The position numbers and the translations under genes were made by a program. The notes beneath the pieces are model-generated. The model was given only the letters and a program-made list of their open reading frames with translations. It had not been told where the DNA came from and ran no database searches. A DNA stretch of 64,000 bases from assembly GCA_951406725.2 (NCBI GenBank), contig OX597815.1, forward strand, positions 109,616,001-109,680,000, written 5' to 3'. This document shows positions 1-14,615 of the stretch, one piece after another. Each line of letters opens with the position of its first letter. Position 1 is the stretch's first letter. Source of the DNA: Octopus vulgaris. Its lineage: Eukaryota.

Positions 1-1589
1 ACGTTTTGTAGAATGGATAGAGGTATGTGTTATATAACTGTCGGCTGTCTATTCTGTGTTTCCCCCTAAGCTGTTTTGTTAACGCCAGCAGATTGTCAAC
101 TGCAGAAATAACAGATCTAACAATCTATATCTCTATCAATCTATCTATCAACAGATATACATAGACAATTGTTAGTGCCATCGCGAATAAATTTCGAATA
201 TTTGATACAAATAGTAAAATGAGAAGGGAATCTGTAATATTTTCAAAATTCAGATGAAAAACTGTAGAGAATAAACGCCTGCACTGATCTAAAAAAAAGG
301 GTATTTGACATAATCGTGTCAATCTTTGGCTGTTTACGCATACTTTAGATTAAAAATGGGTTTAAAAGCTAACCTAGCCTGATGCTTCTGGAATATAATT
401 GTTTGGAGGAGTGAGTTATTTCTTTTCGGCTGCTTAATGTTATGAAGAAGTAATACATATTTCTGAAAATTGTATAATTCTCTGTATATAATCATATGAG
501 AATGCGATCGACAATTTGCACTATTGAAATGATAAACATTTCACTTTGATAATATAGAAGAAATTTGATACTGAGTCTGTTTTAAATTTGATGATTTAAA
601 ATGGAAGTAAATATTAAAATGAGAAATGCCAATAAATAAACATTCAGCGCTAATCCTCGTTACAGTTATTTATTTAACAGAAATAACTGAAAATTAAACT
701 ATAGTTGTGTCACCAAGAATAAAGGCTTAACCTCAAGTAATGCAATTCAAACTACTGAGATAAACAACTCATGGAGAAACAAAGCTCTCTGCTTGTTCAT
801 CTGTCTTTTTTGTTTCTCTCTCTCTCTCTCTTTCTATCTCTCCCCTCTCTCTCTTTTTCTCTCGCCCTCTCTCTTTCTCTCCTTCTTTCTCTGTGAGTGC
901 CTCTAACTCAAAAACACTAAACCTCAGACGTCTCTTGTTTATATTTTCACAGAAATATACCTCTTCCTTCTAACACACACATTCACATACACGTACTCGC
1001 ATAACGTCTACTACCCAAGTATACACACTCGTACACAAATCCACACACACGCACACACCCTCTCACACATGCATACACATACTTACACCCACTGGTATTC
1101 ACACAAACCAGCACACAACCTCATTTCCCCCCTCTCTCTCTCTTCCTCTCTCATATATATAAACACACTAACCAATAGCCAGCCACATACGCATGTATTC
1201 TTGCAGATCAACTTCCATAATTCTAAATGTCATTTGAATATTCGGCAAATTTTCTAAAATAAATAAACTTGAACAGTGTCTCCGGAAATATTTATTATAA
1301 ATATAGTTTAATCAACAAATAAATAAAATATGGTATAAAAAAATATAAAAATTATCGACAAGAAATAGCAAATAAACAAATAAGGAAAGTAAGAAATAAA
1401 TGAATAAAAATAACAACTAAAAAAAAAAAGAGTTGAAAATTGGAAAATAATAAAAAACAACAATGGCGTAACAGCAAAAACGGAAACAACAGTAATAAAT
1501 AATATGATATTAATACTTTTTACATTTGTTTAGATGGGTTTGGGGATAGGTAGAAGGAATAGGAAAAATAGTAGTAGTAGTAGTAGTTA

Positions 1590-2147
1590 TAGAAGAAGAA
1601 GAAGAAGAAGAAGAAGAAGAAGAAGAAGAAGAAGAAGAACAAGAAGAAGAAGAAGAAGACGAGGAAGAAGAAGAAGACGAGGAAGAAGAAGAGAAGTCGA
1701 GGAAGAAGAAGACGAGGAAGAAGAAGAAGAAGAAGAAGAAGAAGAAGAAGACGAGGAAGAAGACGAAGAAGAAGAAGACGAAGAAGAAGTCGAGGAAGAA
1801 GAAGAAGACGAGGAAGAAGAAGAAGAAGACGAGGAAGAAGAAGACGAAGAAGAAGACGAGGAAGAAGAAGACGAAAAAGAAGAAGACGAGGAAGAAGAAG
1901 AAGAAGAAGAAGAAGAAGAAGAAGAAGACGAGGAAGAAGACGAAGAAGAAGAAGGAGAAAAAGAAGACGAGGAAGAAGAAGAAGAAGAAGAAGAAGAAGA
2001 AGAAGAAGAAGAAGAAGAAGAAGACGAAGAAGAAGAAGAAGAAGAAGAAGAAGAAGAAGAAGAAGAAGAAGAAGAAGAAGAAGAAGAAGAAGAAGAAGAA
2101 GAAGAAGAAGAAGAAAACGAGCAAGAAGAAGAAGACGAGGAAGAAGA
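1590..2147 (+). repeat. Long (GAA)n microsatellite with GAC/GAG interruptions
   Basis: Directly visible; produces spurious poly-E/R/F/L ORFs. Confidence 0.97.
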
Positions 2148-2467
2148 ATGAGAAACGGGAAAATGACGTTTAGGATGTAATTGATGGTAAACTCTTTCTG
2201 TGTGGTGATATTTTGGTATTTAGATTTTCTTCTCAAACTTTATTACTGGCAAAGCTGGAATAATTTTTTTTGTTTTGTTTTTTTCTTTCTTTTTTTTAGT
2301 AAAATTTTGAAAACAAACAGCTTAGATAAATTATAAGAAAATATTAAAAAAAAAAAGAAATTCTCAAAATATTTTCTCGTGAATAGAAAAATATAAAGAA
2401 TATGAAAATGAACACAGCGTTAATGTTTCTATCACCTGGAGGAAGAAAACTTGACATTTAGAATTTA

Positions 2468-2640
<173 letters not shown>

Positions 2641-2910
2641 TTGTTGATGATCATGAAATAATATCACGACAGAACACAACGACAAACATGTAAAGAAATC
2701 CGGGAAAGTTGTAAATCATGTTTGTTTGGTATTTAAAAGATGATTACTTCTTTGACACCATCGACACAACCACTTTTTACCGACATCTTTAGATCAATGA
2801 ATAAATATATTTGATGATAAGAGTCAATCCAATCATTCCTTCTTACACTGCACCTACACACACACGCGCACACACACACATACTGTCAATCTACATCTCT
2901 GTCTACCTCT

Positions 2911-2977
<67 letters not shown>

Positions 2978-4294
2978 CTCATGTCTGTCTGTCTGTCTCT
3001 CTTTTTCTCTGACACGGTTGCTCTCCCACTCATCGCATAAAAACCTCACACACCATCCTTTGTCTGATGAGTAAGGCCATAAAATATAAATAAAAATGAT
3101 TAAAATAACAAGGCGAAGCAACTAGAAATATCTTGTATCCACTGATTAACTTCGTCTCTTCTGAGAAATGATTGAAACGATTTGTTGTTCTTCTAATTGT
3201 TGCTATTTATCTCCCAGCCATCCCTAGTTGAGTAGGCCTATGATCAGAAAGACTAGTCACCAGAGACACTAGTTATGGCTGCGTTATCCAATTCGTCTTT
3301 GTTATTTAACTCCAATAACTCCTAGTCGATCTATGGAAAATGGCATTCCAGAAGTGCCTTCCCTCCATATTTTTTCGCACATAGAGTACATTAGGAACCG
3401 TATTATATCCCCCATACTCTCCCGCTTTCAAATGCCAAGGCTGTAAATCGAGAGATATCTGGTTGTTGTTTTTTGTTATTCCCGCTTTTTCTGTGACCAC
3501 GTAGAAATTCCCTCGCTAGATCTTTTGAAACCTGTTGCGCTGCTGCCAATGCTACCGTTAGTCTTGCTGTTGCTGTTGTTGTTGTTGTTGTTGTTAAGCA
3601 ACAAGACGAATAAAGGTGATTAGGTGATGGTCTAGGGCTTAGGAGCGGGAGACCCCAGACCTTGGAAATTAAAAAAACTTTGGTCGTCTTGTTTTTTCGT
3701 CGTCTCTTCGTTGACGCCCGACATCACTGGGAGGTTGGCCCGCGAAATCGCTGGAAATGGAGATCTCCATGTCCAAATTCTTGGACGGCTACTGCTGTTG
3801 TTGTTATTGTCTTTGTATAGGCCTCTCTTCCTCCCTGATTGAACAAACATATTATCAGACCACTTTTTATTCAGAGTTATCTTGAGCTGCCTTAACGAAT
3901 GCGTTCTTCATTTCCAAAACTTCAATCAAAAGTGTGTAATATGATGGGGACGGATTGTTGCTATTTCTAATAGTTCGAATGGTTGTGTTAGAAGTTTCTC
4001 GTGTTTAATTAGTTTTAGAACAGACTTATTGCAACCATTTCAACATTTCAGAAAATACGCTTACGAAGTACAAATAGGTGTTATCATAGGCATATGGCCT
4101 ATGAAATAAGTATGGAAGCAGACAGTTAGTTAATTAAATCACTCGCACTTTAATTTTGTTATGTCGCACGTTCGGATGCCTCTACTTCTGACTCTACTCT
4201 CTACCCTCTGCTACTCAACTGTGCTCTCCACGTCTAGGCTTCTCTCTCTATATCTATGTATTAGGCTAGCCTACTTCGTCGTCTGGGGGCGTCC

Positions 4295-4590
4295 ACACAA
4301 CAAATTTATCGATCTCAGAGGGACGAAATGCAAAGCTGATCTCGGTGGGTTTTGAACAAAGAACGTAAAGAGGTGACCAGGCAGAATTGTTGGAGCGTTG
4401 GCAAAATAGTTTGAGGTATTTCTTTCGGCTCTTTACGTTCTAAGTTCTTATTGCGTTTTTTCTTGACTTTATCTTTCAAGTTTTCGGGGCGATAAAATCG
4501 GTTCCAGGAAAGTACTGGGACCGATGGAATCGACATGTCCCCTACCCTACACCACCCCATCATAATTGCTGGCTTTATGCTAGCCTCGAT
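4295..4590. mobile_element. Two decayed family-C SINE fragments in opposite orientation
   Basis: Minus-strand core (TTTATCGATCTCAGAGGGACGAAATGCAAAGC..GAACGTAAAGAG) abuts a plus-strand copy (CTCTTTACGTTC..TTTCGGGGCGATAAAA). Confidence 0.55.
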
Positions 4591-5448
4591 TATGCCCATT
4601 TTACACTCTGGGACATGAAATTAGAATAGGAAGACCAATGGCAGTTTTTCATTATTTCTATCTCTTTCACTCCTTCTCTCCCAGCCCCGCCCTCTGAATC
4701 TCCCTCTCCCTCTTCTGTGTCTATATCACTCTCTCACTCGCGTCCTCTTTCTAAATCTGCCTGTCTCCCTCTCCCTCCACTCCCCACCCAAACTAGAATC
4801 TCTTGAAGCTGCCAATGCAACAAATATATTACTGATTATAACAGTTAACTTGTCTGTAACTAAAGCTTCTTTAAATTATATATTTAAAGACAGAAGAATT
4901 TCACCAAGCTGACAGGAACTTATCAAACCTGTCCACATCAGAAATTGCTGCACCCAGGTCAAATGGAGTTTGGGTCATCAATAACCAATTCATCATGTAA
5001 ACGTTATTGCATGACATTTCATAATCGATAACTAAAAATAACAAGTTTCATTTCTTCTCCATATAAATGATGCAAATTCTGAAAAGAATTTAAATTTGAA
5101 ATTATTATTAAATAGCAGAAAAATAGGCAAACATGTGGTCACGCTATGTAACTGAGAGATATATGTATGTGCATGTATGTATGTGTGTGTGTGTATCCAC
5201 ATAACATATGCACACACACTCGTACCTATGTGTATTGTGTACGCATATGTCATGCATATGATGTATTTGAATAACAGAGACAAACCAAAGTGTGTCAACA
5301 TACAACATAAATTCATGATTTATACTGTATAAGAATACATACATATGTGTGTGTGTGTGTATAAACAAATCCATCCCAATTCTTCACTAACCCATTTTGT
5401 CTGTGTGATTGTCAGTATGACTATCTCACTTTCTTGTGCTCGTGTGTG

Positions 5449-5513
<65 letters not shown>

Positions 5514-5518
5514 GTATG

Positions 5519-5577
<59 letters not shown>

Positions 5578-5864
5578 GTATATATATGTATGTATGTATA
5601 TGTATGTATATATATATATGTGTATGTATGTATCTAAATATGTGTGTATGTGTGCATGCATGCATATGTGTGCGTATGTATATATGTATACATACATACA
5701 TGTGGTAGAGAATGATTGAGAGAAAGAGAGAGAAAGAGAGAGAGAGAGAGAGAGCAGGTAAATGTATTCAGTCTCTAATTATTGTATCCTGTATTGATTT
5801 CCGTTGGCAAATTTCTCTTCAACAAGTGTCCCTTGCTCATACAACAAATAGAAACAATACATTA

Positions 5865-5868
5865 GTGT

Positions 5869-5954
<86 letters not shown>
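5865..5954 (+). repeat. (GT)n microsatellite
   Basis: Directly visible. Confidence 0.95.
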
Positions 5955-5955
<1 letters not shown>

Positions 5956-6210
5956 AGTTTGCATGACTTACGTCCAGTTTACATTTCCCATCAGTTATTC
6001 CAATATCTTCCTTACTGTCTAAATATATGCATAGCAGACACATACATAACCATGGAGTTTAGAATTTGACTTCCCAACCGTGAGTCCTAGATTCAATTTG
6101 GTTGTGTGGGGGCAACATGGATATTGTCTTATACTGTATGTGGCCTTGGGTTGACTAATGCCTGATGAGTGACATTTGGTAGGTAAAAATGAGTTGTGAC
6201 ACCCGTTGTA

Positions 6211-6250
<40 letters not shown>

Positions 6251-6282
6251 CATCCATCCATATATATATATATATATATATA

Positions 6283-6594
6283 GGTGGAGGCGCAATGGCC
6301 CATTGGTTAGGGTAGCGGACTCGCGGTCGTAGGATCGCGGTTTCGATTCCCAGACCGGGCGTTGTGAGTGTTTATTGAGCGAAAAACACCTAAAAGTTCC
6401 ATGAGGCTCCGGCAGGGGGTGGTGGTGATCCCTGCTGTACTCTTTCGCCGCAACTTTCTCTCACCCTTTCTTCTGTTGGCCTGCTCGCTCAGCCAACGGG
6501 GTGGCGTCATTTGAAGGCTAAAACAATGCGAAGCGCATTGTGACCAGCGATGAGTAGCAACATCTGATAGCCTGGTCGGTCACGTGATCACGTG

Positions 6595-6595
<1 letters not shown>
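6283..6595 (+). mobile_element. tRNA-derived SINE (resembles octopus OR1/OR2-type tRNA-Arg SINEs)
   Basis: A box TGGCCCATTGG, B box GGTTTCGATTCC, anticodon-arm-like CGGACTCGCGGTCG. GC-rich island inserted in (TA)n; its head aligns with the 52033 copy. Confidence 0.85.
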
Positions 6596-6631
<36 letters not shown>

Positions 6632-7014
6632 CGTATGTGTGTGTGTGTATCGATTTAGCTAAAATATAATATATACGTACATGTATGTGCTTTTCTGTAT
6701 TACTGAGTCAACCGGTGAATTGAGATGTGTCCCTTAATCCAAAAGCTAATTTAGTGATTCGATAAAATAAATACCAGTTAAGTAGTAGGGGATGTGTAAT
6801 CGATTTTACATTCTCCGTAAATATGTGGCATTGTACCAATGTTAGAAATCATGATTAGTCATACCAGAACGATTGAGTGGCAATCTGTTCAGATCTGGCT
6901 TTGCATTTCATCCGTCTAGATTCAATATGTGAGAAACCAGTAATATGCTCTGGTTGACTCAATCGATTATATCCCCTTCCTGTATACTTATGACTTTGTT
7001 AAATAGATGAATGA

Positions 7015-7215
7015 GTTTCTATGCTGTCATATCAATAGCTAGAAATAGCAGCCGATTACCACTTTTCATTCACAACCTACCGTTCTTTTAAAGGACAAAC
7101 ACATTAACATACGTTGTTCTGAAAGTACAAAAAATGGCATAGTCAAGGACAGAGTGTATTTGATTGTAGGTATGGTCAAGGCTGATCTCTTGCGATTATA
7201 CAACAACAGCATCAA
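7015..7215 (+). repeat. Old dispersed repeat family D ((AAC)n-tailed); further decayed copies at ~3785-4010(-), 13555-13885(-), 14005-14220(+), 19930-20100(+), 23715-23910(-), 25275-25440(+), 26370-26490(+)
   Basis: Shared motif CTAGAAATAGCAGCCAA..ATCAC.C followed by ..TGGTCA.GG..GA...TTTGA and a CAACAAC tail, recognised by eye across copies. Confidence 0.55.
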
Positions 7216-7565
7216 CAAGAATTCCTGATATTCTGTCCAAAAGTATCGATTTGTACGTATATTGTTCTTACCGCTAATTCGAAAGATAGAGTTACATCTA
7301 GGAAAAGAAGCATCAGAGTATTTAGGTGACTCTCCGAAGGTGACTTTTGTGTATCATACTTTTGGGGGTTGATTAAACATAAGTATCATTTGTTGCATGG
7401 CGGCAACATGGCAGAATCGTTAGCGCTCCAGACAACGTGGTTCGTGACATTTCTTTCGGTTTTTCGTTCGGAGATCTTTTCAGAGTCGATAAGATAATTA
7501 AGCAGTGGGGTAATCACTTTGCTCCTTTATCTAAAATTTCAGTCTATAGTAGAAAGAAAAAATAT

Positions 7566-7700
7566 CTATTACATGTTGCTGGTATTATTCTTCAGTAAAA
7601 TCTATTAAATACAACTAAAGATATTCCATTCGTGGCTATTACATGTTGCTGGTATTATTCTTCAGTAAAATCTATTAAATACAACTAAAGATATTCCATT
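7566..7700 (+). repeat. Perfect 65-bp tandem duplication (period 70)
   Basis: CTATTACATGTTGCTGGTATTATTCTTCAGTAAAATCTATTAAATACAACTAAAGATATTCCATT at 7566 and 7636. Confidence 0.9.
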
Positions 7701-10119
7701 TGTATCTAGGACTACATTATTAAATGTACTCTTTCCATTTTTATTGAGTAGAATGTGATACCATGGTGATTTGTTTACTTTTTCTATCATAAAAGGCTCT
7801 TACGTCGGTTTACCTTCTTACATGTACGTACGTAGGTAAGTGTGAGTGAATAAATAGCATTAAGGATTTGTACTTTCGTGGCTCTGCAACATATATATAT
7901 GATGGTATACGATGAGTCGAACTTTTACTCCATCCATTTCGGTGGATATATCATCTTTATCCTAAAGGGTCAGCCATATGTAGTTGTAGACTGTCAAGTA
8001 AGAATTATCACACCTAATGTGGCAAGCGGAGAACGTTCGTTCGTATATAAGCATATCGATATCGAGGAGAGAGGTAAACAATGAGCGATGAGGATTAAAT
8101 CAACCAAAGGATTATGGGTAAAGGAAGTGTACTTCTATGGATTTCCGGCCCTGATTACTTACATATGCAGATAGATGTTTATAAGATAGGATTATTTCGA
8201 GAAGATGCTGGAAAAGAAAAAAAGAAAAAAGAAGGAAAGCAATAAATAAAATAAACAGATAGAAAGGGAAAATAATTACTGAAATAGGCGGTGAATTAAG
8301 AATGAAAGAAATATAGAAAGAAAGGAAAACCTGAAGAAAGTGGAATAAGATAAGCGTTTAATGAAAGGTCACCTTCATTAGAACCGATTCCATAAGTTCA
8401 AGAGCAAGAATTGATGGATTTTAAGATGGGTGTGTTCAGTGTTGGAAGACAAATCTCCTCGTATACAGGGTTAGAAGTCTCAGAGTTGGCTTTTAGGTAT
8501 ACGGCAGGGTAAAACATGGTCTTAAGGGTCAATCATATCTCAGCGGTGCAGAGGCCATATTTTCTGCAAGTATTCACATCGGGTCTACACTTACCGACTG
8601 TCTTTCTGCTTATATCATTAACCACCGCTTCTCTTTCGACTGCAAGACGAAACGTACTAGCTTTGTTGCATTGTACTTTTCCTTCTGAAATTTATCAAAT
8701 GGGCTCAAGAATAACTGATTTTCATTGAACACTTCTACTTTTAGTTTAATATTTGCGCAAATATGGTTTCTTGCAATAATTCTAAACACTCCTGGTATTT
8801 GAATTATTTCTGTTTTGTTCATTACCAAGCTAATAACAAATGCTAATAATTAGCAGAATACCATAGCTAGCAACTTGTAAAAGACCTCAGGTTAAAATAT
8901 TTTTCCCGTTAACAGTTTCGTCAAACATCAGTTTCTCAATTGTAAGCAATGTATGATATATACTGTAACAATTTCTCTTAGATCGACCTATCTCTTCAAA
9001 TAATGTATCAAAGAATTTGCTTGATTATAATGTTAGTATGGTTAGTGAACTAATTCCTCACCTACGTCTATGCATGTTTACATCACTAAATTGTTTAAAC
9101 AATATACAGATCCCCAGAAGCTTAAATTCAGTTACATAATTAAGATGTAACATTTTAGATTTTATTTGAAACAAATATACGAAATAAAATTAAGTAACAA
9201 TCTTTCCATGATTTTGTTTTCTTTTTTTTTATTTCTAAAATGAAAGACTGTAGGACACGATAATTTCATTGATGTAGTTTGCAATTTTAGTCCTATAGTC
9301 ATTGCACCGGAGTCACACTCATATAAAATAAGAATTTCATGATGTTACTTTATATCATCTGATTGATAAGTATCAGGTGATATAAACAGCGAAACGTTAA
9401 ATATGGGAAATAATCTTTGATCTTGATTTGGCTTTGATCTTGATTTGTAGAGATTTTTACATAATATTTTTTTTATATTTTTCTATTATTCTGACTGACA
9501 TAACAGACTTCTCTGACATTAGCGGCCTTGTTGAATGAAATATCTTTTCTCAAATGAGAAGCCACTCCAAACAATACGTTATATACCGGAAATAATGAGT
9601 GCCTATTATGGATTATAATAGCACACTAACGTATGCATAGTGATTACTGTGATAACAGTGATCACGTCTATATACTTGACCACGATACATTTTAACTATA
9701 ATTATAATTCTTGATACTTTCGACCTCCCTATTTGCGCCCTCATAATATCTAGTATCTTCAATACTCACCTGTTATTCGACACCACGCTGATATTTTCGA
9801 CACAATTGCAGCAGCAGCGCTTAGGACGTTGGTGACAATTTCAACTGTATTGGGATTTATTATTCTGCAGAGGTTTTGATTCAATAATAACAGTTTCGTT
9901 CACACAAGTGGGCGCGTGCACATACACACATGTATGATATGTTAATGTTAACGATAATGAGCATGTATATCTATATCTATATATGATTTGATGAACCTCT
10001 GGCAAATGAGTGAAGCGTTGCAAGAGAGAGGCTGATGTGATCCATTCAGGGTAATTGACAATCAAAACAGAAGAGAAAATGTTTATCATTGATCTCCGTA
10101 TAACCCCTCTCTGTTATTA

Positions 10120-10915
10120 TGTATGTCAGTGACGAAGAAGAAACTGCCGGTTATTTTAGTCGCAGATGAGGAAAACAGTATTTTACACATCTTCATATAT
10201 TATGCTTGTTGCTGCCGGAGTTTAAATCGAGGTGTCCCCTCATAAAGAACATTTATTATTAAAACTTTTTCCATGCATGATCAGTTATACCCGATTTATC
10301 ACTATCTCCTCGTGTCACAGCTTTGCGCTGTTCGTCTACCCTTATTTTGAGGGGGCGGCATGTTTCACCTTTTTATAACCTACCACAGCTGCATGGGATG
10401 GAGTACTCACAGTTTTTTGGTCATATTCTCTTCTATTGGTGGTTTTACTCGTAGGAGATATTTGCGAAGTGTTGTACTACTCTTAAATACTGTCCTGATG
10501 TCATATGGGCCGCATATCTTTTTTTATCTTTTCGGAGAGGTCTTTCACATAGGGTAGACAGACTGGGGACAGTTTATTGGTTTCATCCCCTCTTTTCTTC
10601 ATAACTGGAGAGGATAATATGTTTTTGGGGTAGTTGTTGTTTAATAGATTGTTATTGAGGTTGATCATTTCTTCGTGCATGTATCACGATCACTACTTAT
10701 ATTCTTTGCTCGATGTTTTAGGCACTGAACAATCCCTCTCTTTACACTGTATGGGTGGTGAGAATTGAAGTTGAGGCATCATCCAGTGAAGGTCGGCTTG
10801 CGGTATACGGATGTCCTGAATCTTTACTTGGTGCGTGTTATTAATACGTCCAGAAAAGCTAGTTGATTGTCTTTTCCTTTTTCCATTGTGAACTATATGG
10901 GTGGCTTTATTGGAG
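10120..10915 (-). mobile_element. 5'-truncated Penelope-like retroelement (RT thumb plus GIY-YIG endonuclease), decayed
   Basis: Minus-strand manual translation: FTMEKEKDNQLAFLDVLITR..FRTSVYRKPTFTG..LNFNSHHPYSVKRGIVQCLKHRAKNI..NNYPKN..LPYVKDLSEKIKKIC..NCEYSIPCSCGRL*KGETCRPLKIRVDEQRK..SGITDHAW. These are typical PLE thumb/linker and GIY-YIG motifs, with stops. The 3' non-coding boundary is approximate. Confidence 0.92.
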
Positions 10916-11815
10916 TGTAGATAATTACTAAATAATGCTAATTATTTTATCATCGAATTACCTCCTTCCATGTATCACTACTTAAAAAGCCATGCCAGAA
11001 TGAGCGTTGAAGAAATAGTTAAACGATTACATCCATTTAACGCTTCGAAGTTTATTATATAAGATATTTATTCGATTTTACCTGTTTAGTTAAGATTATT
11101 AGAAAACAAACCAACAGGGAATATTGCACCTTTTTATGTATCTTAAATAGCTATCCTGGCTCAATTATAATTTTTATTAGAGATAAAATGTTGTATTCAG
11201 CTGCCAACTCATCAGCTCGGTGACGGTGCAAGTTATTTCGAGAATAAAAAAATAGTTTCTTGTTTTTGATAGACTTTTCTTTCACTTTTCTATCAAGTAT
11301 GAAGCTCATCAGACAGAACATTCAAATAAGTGGCTTAGGTTTACTTTTGTCTTTTATTACGTGATTCTATCTGGAAGATAGAAAATAGTTATCAAAATAA
11401 GATAGGGATTATAAAGGTCTTCACCGTGCCAAAATATAAGAATGTTTATTAGGATTATATTTTCGAATATTAATGGAAATCTTAACGCATCAACTTCACC
11501 TGTTACTACATATCCATGATAGAGATGTTTAACTTAGCAATTGGCGGAATCGTTAGAACAGCGCACAAATGCCTGAGGACTTTTAATCGTGTCCACTTAA
11601 ATTATGAATTCAAATACGGCGAAGTTAACTTTGACATTTATCTGTCAGAGGTCGAAAACATCAATACTAATCTCGTACTAGAGATCACCTAATTCCACAA
11701 TAAAACTGGTCACCATGTTTGTAAGCTAGAAATCATTATCTCGATCGCGTCAGCAGAAATCAAATGCTCGAATTTGTTCATTCCTTGTGTCAGATTCTTT
11801 GACTTTTAATTCTCC

Positions 11816-12215
11816 CTAAAGCACAGCAGTTCTCAAAATATTAGTACATTAATAGATATATTATATTTTTGGTTTTTCTGACTACAAAACTATCCCTTCA
11901 CTTTGATCGCATACACCAAAAATAAAGGTCGACTAGAATTTATTTCTTCTCATTTGTTTCTTCTCCTAAGAATACGAATAATAAATGGCGTATGTATTGT
12001 TAAACATCTCAACCCTCCCAGACATGACCAATTTTTTTGTACCAAATATATTAATATAATATTTATATTTACCATCATTTATACTCGTATTTGTATACAT
12101 GGTTATATAAATTCTTTGAAACCACATATAAAGACAGGCTAAAGCACAGCGGTTCTCAAAATATTAGTACATTAATAAATATATTATATTTTTGGCTTTT
12201 CTGACTACCAAACTA
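11816..12215 (+). repeat. ~77-bp direct repeat (11816-11892, 12139-12215) containing a hAT-like terminus
   Basis: CTAAAGCACAGC[A/G]GTTCTCAAAATATTAGTACATTAATA... occurs twice, 323 bp apart. CAGCGGTTCTCAA resembles hAT/Charlie TIR starts. Confidence 0.75.
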
Positions 12216-12304
12216 ATCGTATTCAGTGTCAACAAACATGATGCATTAGTCTTTCATAAGAAAGTGTATATGAATACATATAAGTAGTTATTATTATTTC
12301 ACAG

Positions 12305-12528
12305 TTAAGAACGGTGAACAGACAGAATTATTAGAGTGTCAAACAAAATGCCTAGCAGTATTCTTCTGATTCATTATGCTCTGAGTTCAAGTTCCACTGA
12401 GGTCAACTTTTCTTTTCATCCCATTGGGGCCGTCAAAATAAAATACGAGTGAAGTACTGTGTCGAAGGTACTGACTAATAGTCCCACCTTAAAACTGCTG
12501 GCCTTGTGCCAAAATATGAAACTATTAT
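12305..12528 (+). mobile_element. Family-C SINE, decayed
   Basis: CTCTGAGTTCAAGTTCCACTGAGGTCAACTTTTCTTTTCATCC aligns with the 16-kb copies. Confidence 0.7.
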
Positions 12529-12589
12529 TTCGCAGTAGAGCAGGCCTATTTATGCATTCCCGTCATTTATTCAGCTACTCAATTTGTGT

Positions 12590-12640
<51 letters not shown>

Positions 12641-13260
12641 GGATAACGTTTGCTTTTCCACTTGCAATACGATAAGGTTTCAAATGAGAATAACTTTGCT
12701 GAGGCGACTGCATAGAGGTTGCTTCATTGCTTTATAAATATATAAATAGATCCATCAATGTTAACTATCTCCTCTGATATTATTTCAATTTTACCAACGT
12801 TGACTCTGTCTTCTATCTATTAAGGATGAATGAAACACTTAAAAGGGAGAAATTAACCGTTGGCTGATGGAGCGGTTGGTTGATGATATGAGTTGGAAAA
12901 GTTAGAAGTGTGCATCAAAACTAGGGTTCTGTGAAAACTGAAGTACCATGCTCTCATATCTGTATGTTTAGACACACACACACACAAGCGCTCACGCACG
13001 CACATGCACACATACACAAACACACACACACACAGACGTGTCTTATACGCACATATAAAAACATATGTAGATATGTGTTACATCTACACATACACACACA
13101 CACAAAATTAATATTCATACAAACACACACACACATATATATGCTTATACGTACACACGTACTCACGCACAAATATGTGTGTGAGTAAGTGTGTGCGTGC
13201 GTGCATATGTGTGTGTTGTGTGTGAGTGTGTGCATGTATGTGTGTGTGTGTGTGCATGTA

Positions 13261-13291
<31 letters not shown>

Positions 13292-14615
13292 AAAATATTT
13301 TAAAGGCAAATCAAATATCAACTTCAAACGAGTTGAAACACGCTCTGATTCTACCGAATTGTTGTGCTAATAGCGGCCATTTTCCTTTTGCAGTTGAGAA
13401 CTTCGATACACATGAACAGCATTGAATCACTCACTTGTTGCCAGAATAATCTTAGGTTTCCACACTATTAACCTCATATTTTGCGATTCTACTTTCACAA
13501 TGTTTAGAGCTTTGTATATTTAATACAACATCGTCTTCAAATGAAATATTTCTCTTCTGTGTTGTTTAGTCTCCAAGTCGGCTCAGACGGTATGAACCTA
13601 AGATCAAAGCTATTCTATCCATGATCATCCCGTGTTACTTTTCTAGGTATGATATGTAACTGGTACTAAGTTGTTGCTATTTTTATAGTTTAGTTTCTGA
13701 CAACTCTGATCAAGTAATTTATTGATGAAAGACATTGCAACATAGGCAACTACATAATTTTACCCTGCAAAATAGTGCATTTAGAGTTACATTGTCCCAT
13801 GTGTCCTTCCTTTGTTAAGACTCTAGGATATGATTTGAGAAAATGTAGTTGCTCTTTTTACCAGGCCCAACGACGACGTCGATGTTTCCCCATAAAGACG
13901 ATGCTTTGATCAAATAAATACATCACAGGTCAGTCTCATGATTTAAATGTTAACGTACACATAGAAGTGAAAAATCTAAATGCATGAACTTTGAATCAGC
14001 AAGAGAGCTCCCACATAGTTGTTCGACGTACTAAAAATAATAGCCAAATTATCTTAAAGTAACATGTTGTCATTTTGAAAATGGGAAAACACATTGTATA
14101 ACTATAACCCTAGGTTTACTTTAACTGTAAAAGGAAAAAATTAAAATAGCATGGTCATAGCTGAACTATATTTAACCATGTGGTTTGCTTCACAAAACTT
14201 GGAGCTAAACGAGAGCAACATTTTATTTAGTTTGTAAGGATTACGTATTCTTTTTTAAATGGTGCTCAAAAAGATTACGTGAAAATAAAAAAAAAGCCCT
14301 GTTGTAGAAGACTAAAACGGATAAATAAATATCCTGCATTGTGAGTTTTAGCTTCGAATTATATTCATATTATTGTGCAAGTGGCACATAGAAATCGAAT
14401 TAAGTATGGTAATCGATTTAAATGAAATATTGTGGCTGCTTGTATTTGATTTCTGTATCTTTACAAATAACTAATTAGAGGATGCTTAGACTTAAACTCA
14501 TGCGTTGTATTATTGTATAAGAATAGGATACAGGTACATTGACTTCGATATCTTTATATGTATAAATATATATATATATATACATATATATATACATATA
14601 TATATATATATATGC

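Noticed and set aside
1510-2236. Long ORFs (poly-E/R, poly-F, poly-L)
   Set aside because: Translations of a (GAA)n microsatellite, open in several frames, with no non-repetitive coding content.
6283-6360. tRNA-Arg-like gene
   Set aside because: It is the head of a SINE: continues into a repeat body, has an imperfect cloverleaf, and a second copy lies at 52033.
7890-8200. Possible PLE pLTR with hammerhead remnant (minus strand ..AAGATGATATATCCACCGAAAT..)
   Set aside because: Core too degenerate and no second copy in the window for comparison.
8420-8730. Possible LINE 3' remnant (SLSTARRNV, similar to SL.HRRNV of CR1/Jockey-type tails)
   Set aside because: A single short motif; too decayed to support a call.
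11185-11220. CTGATGA hammerhead-like core on the minus strand
   Set aside because: No proper GAAA box, stem III or NUH site.
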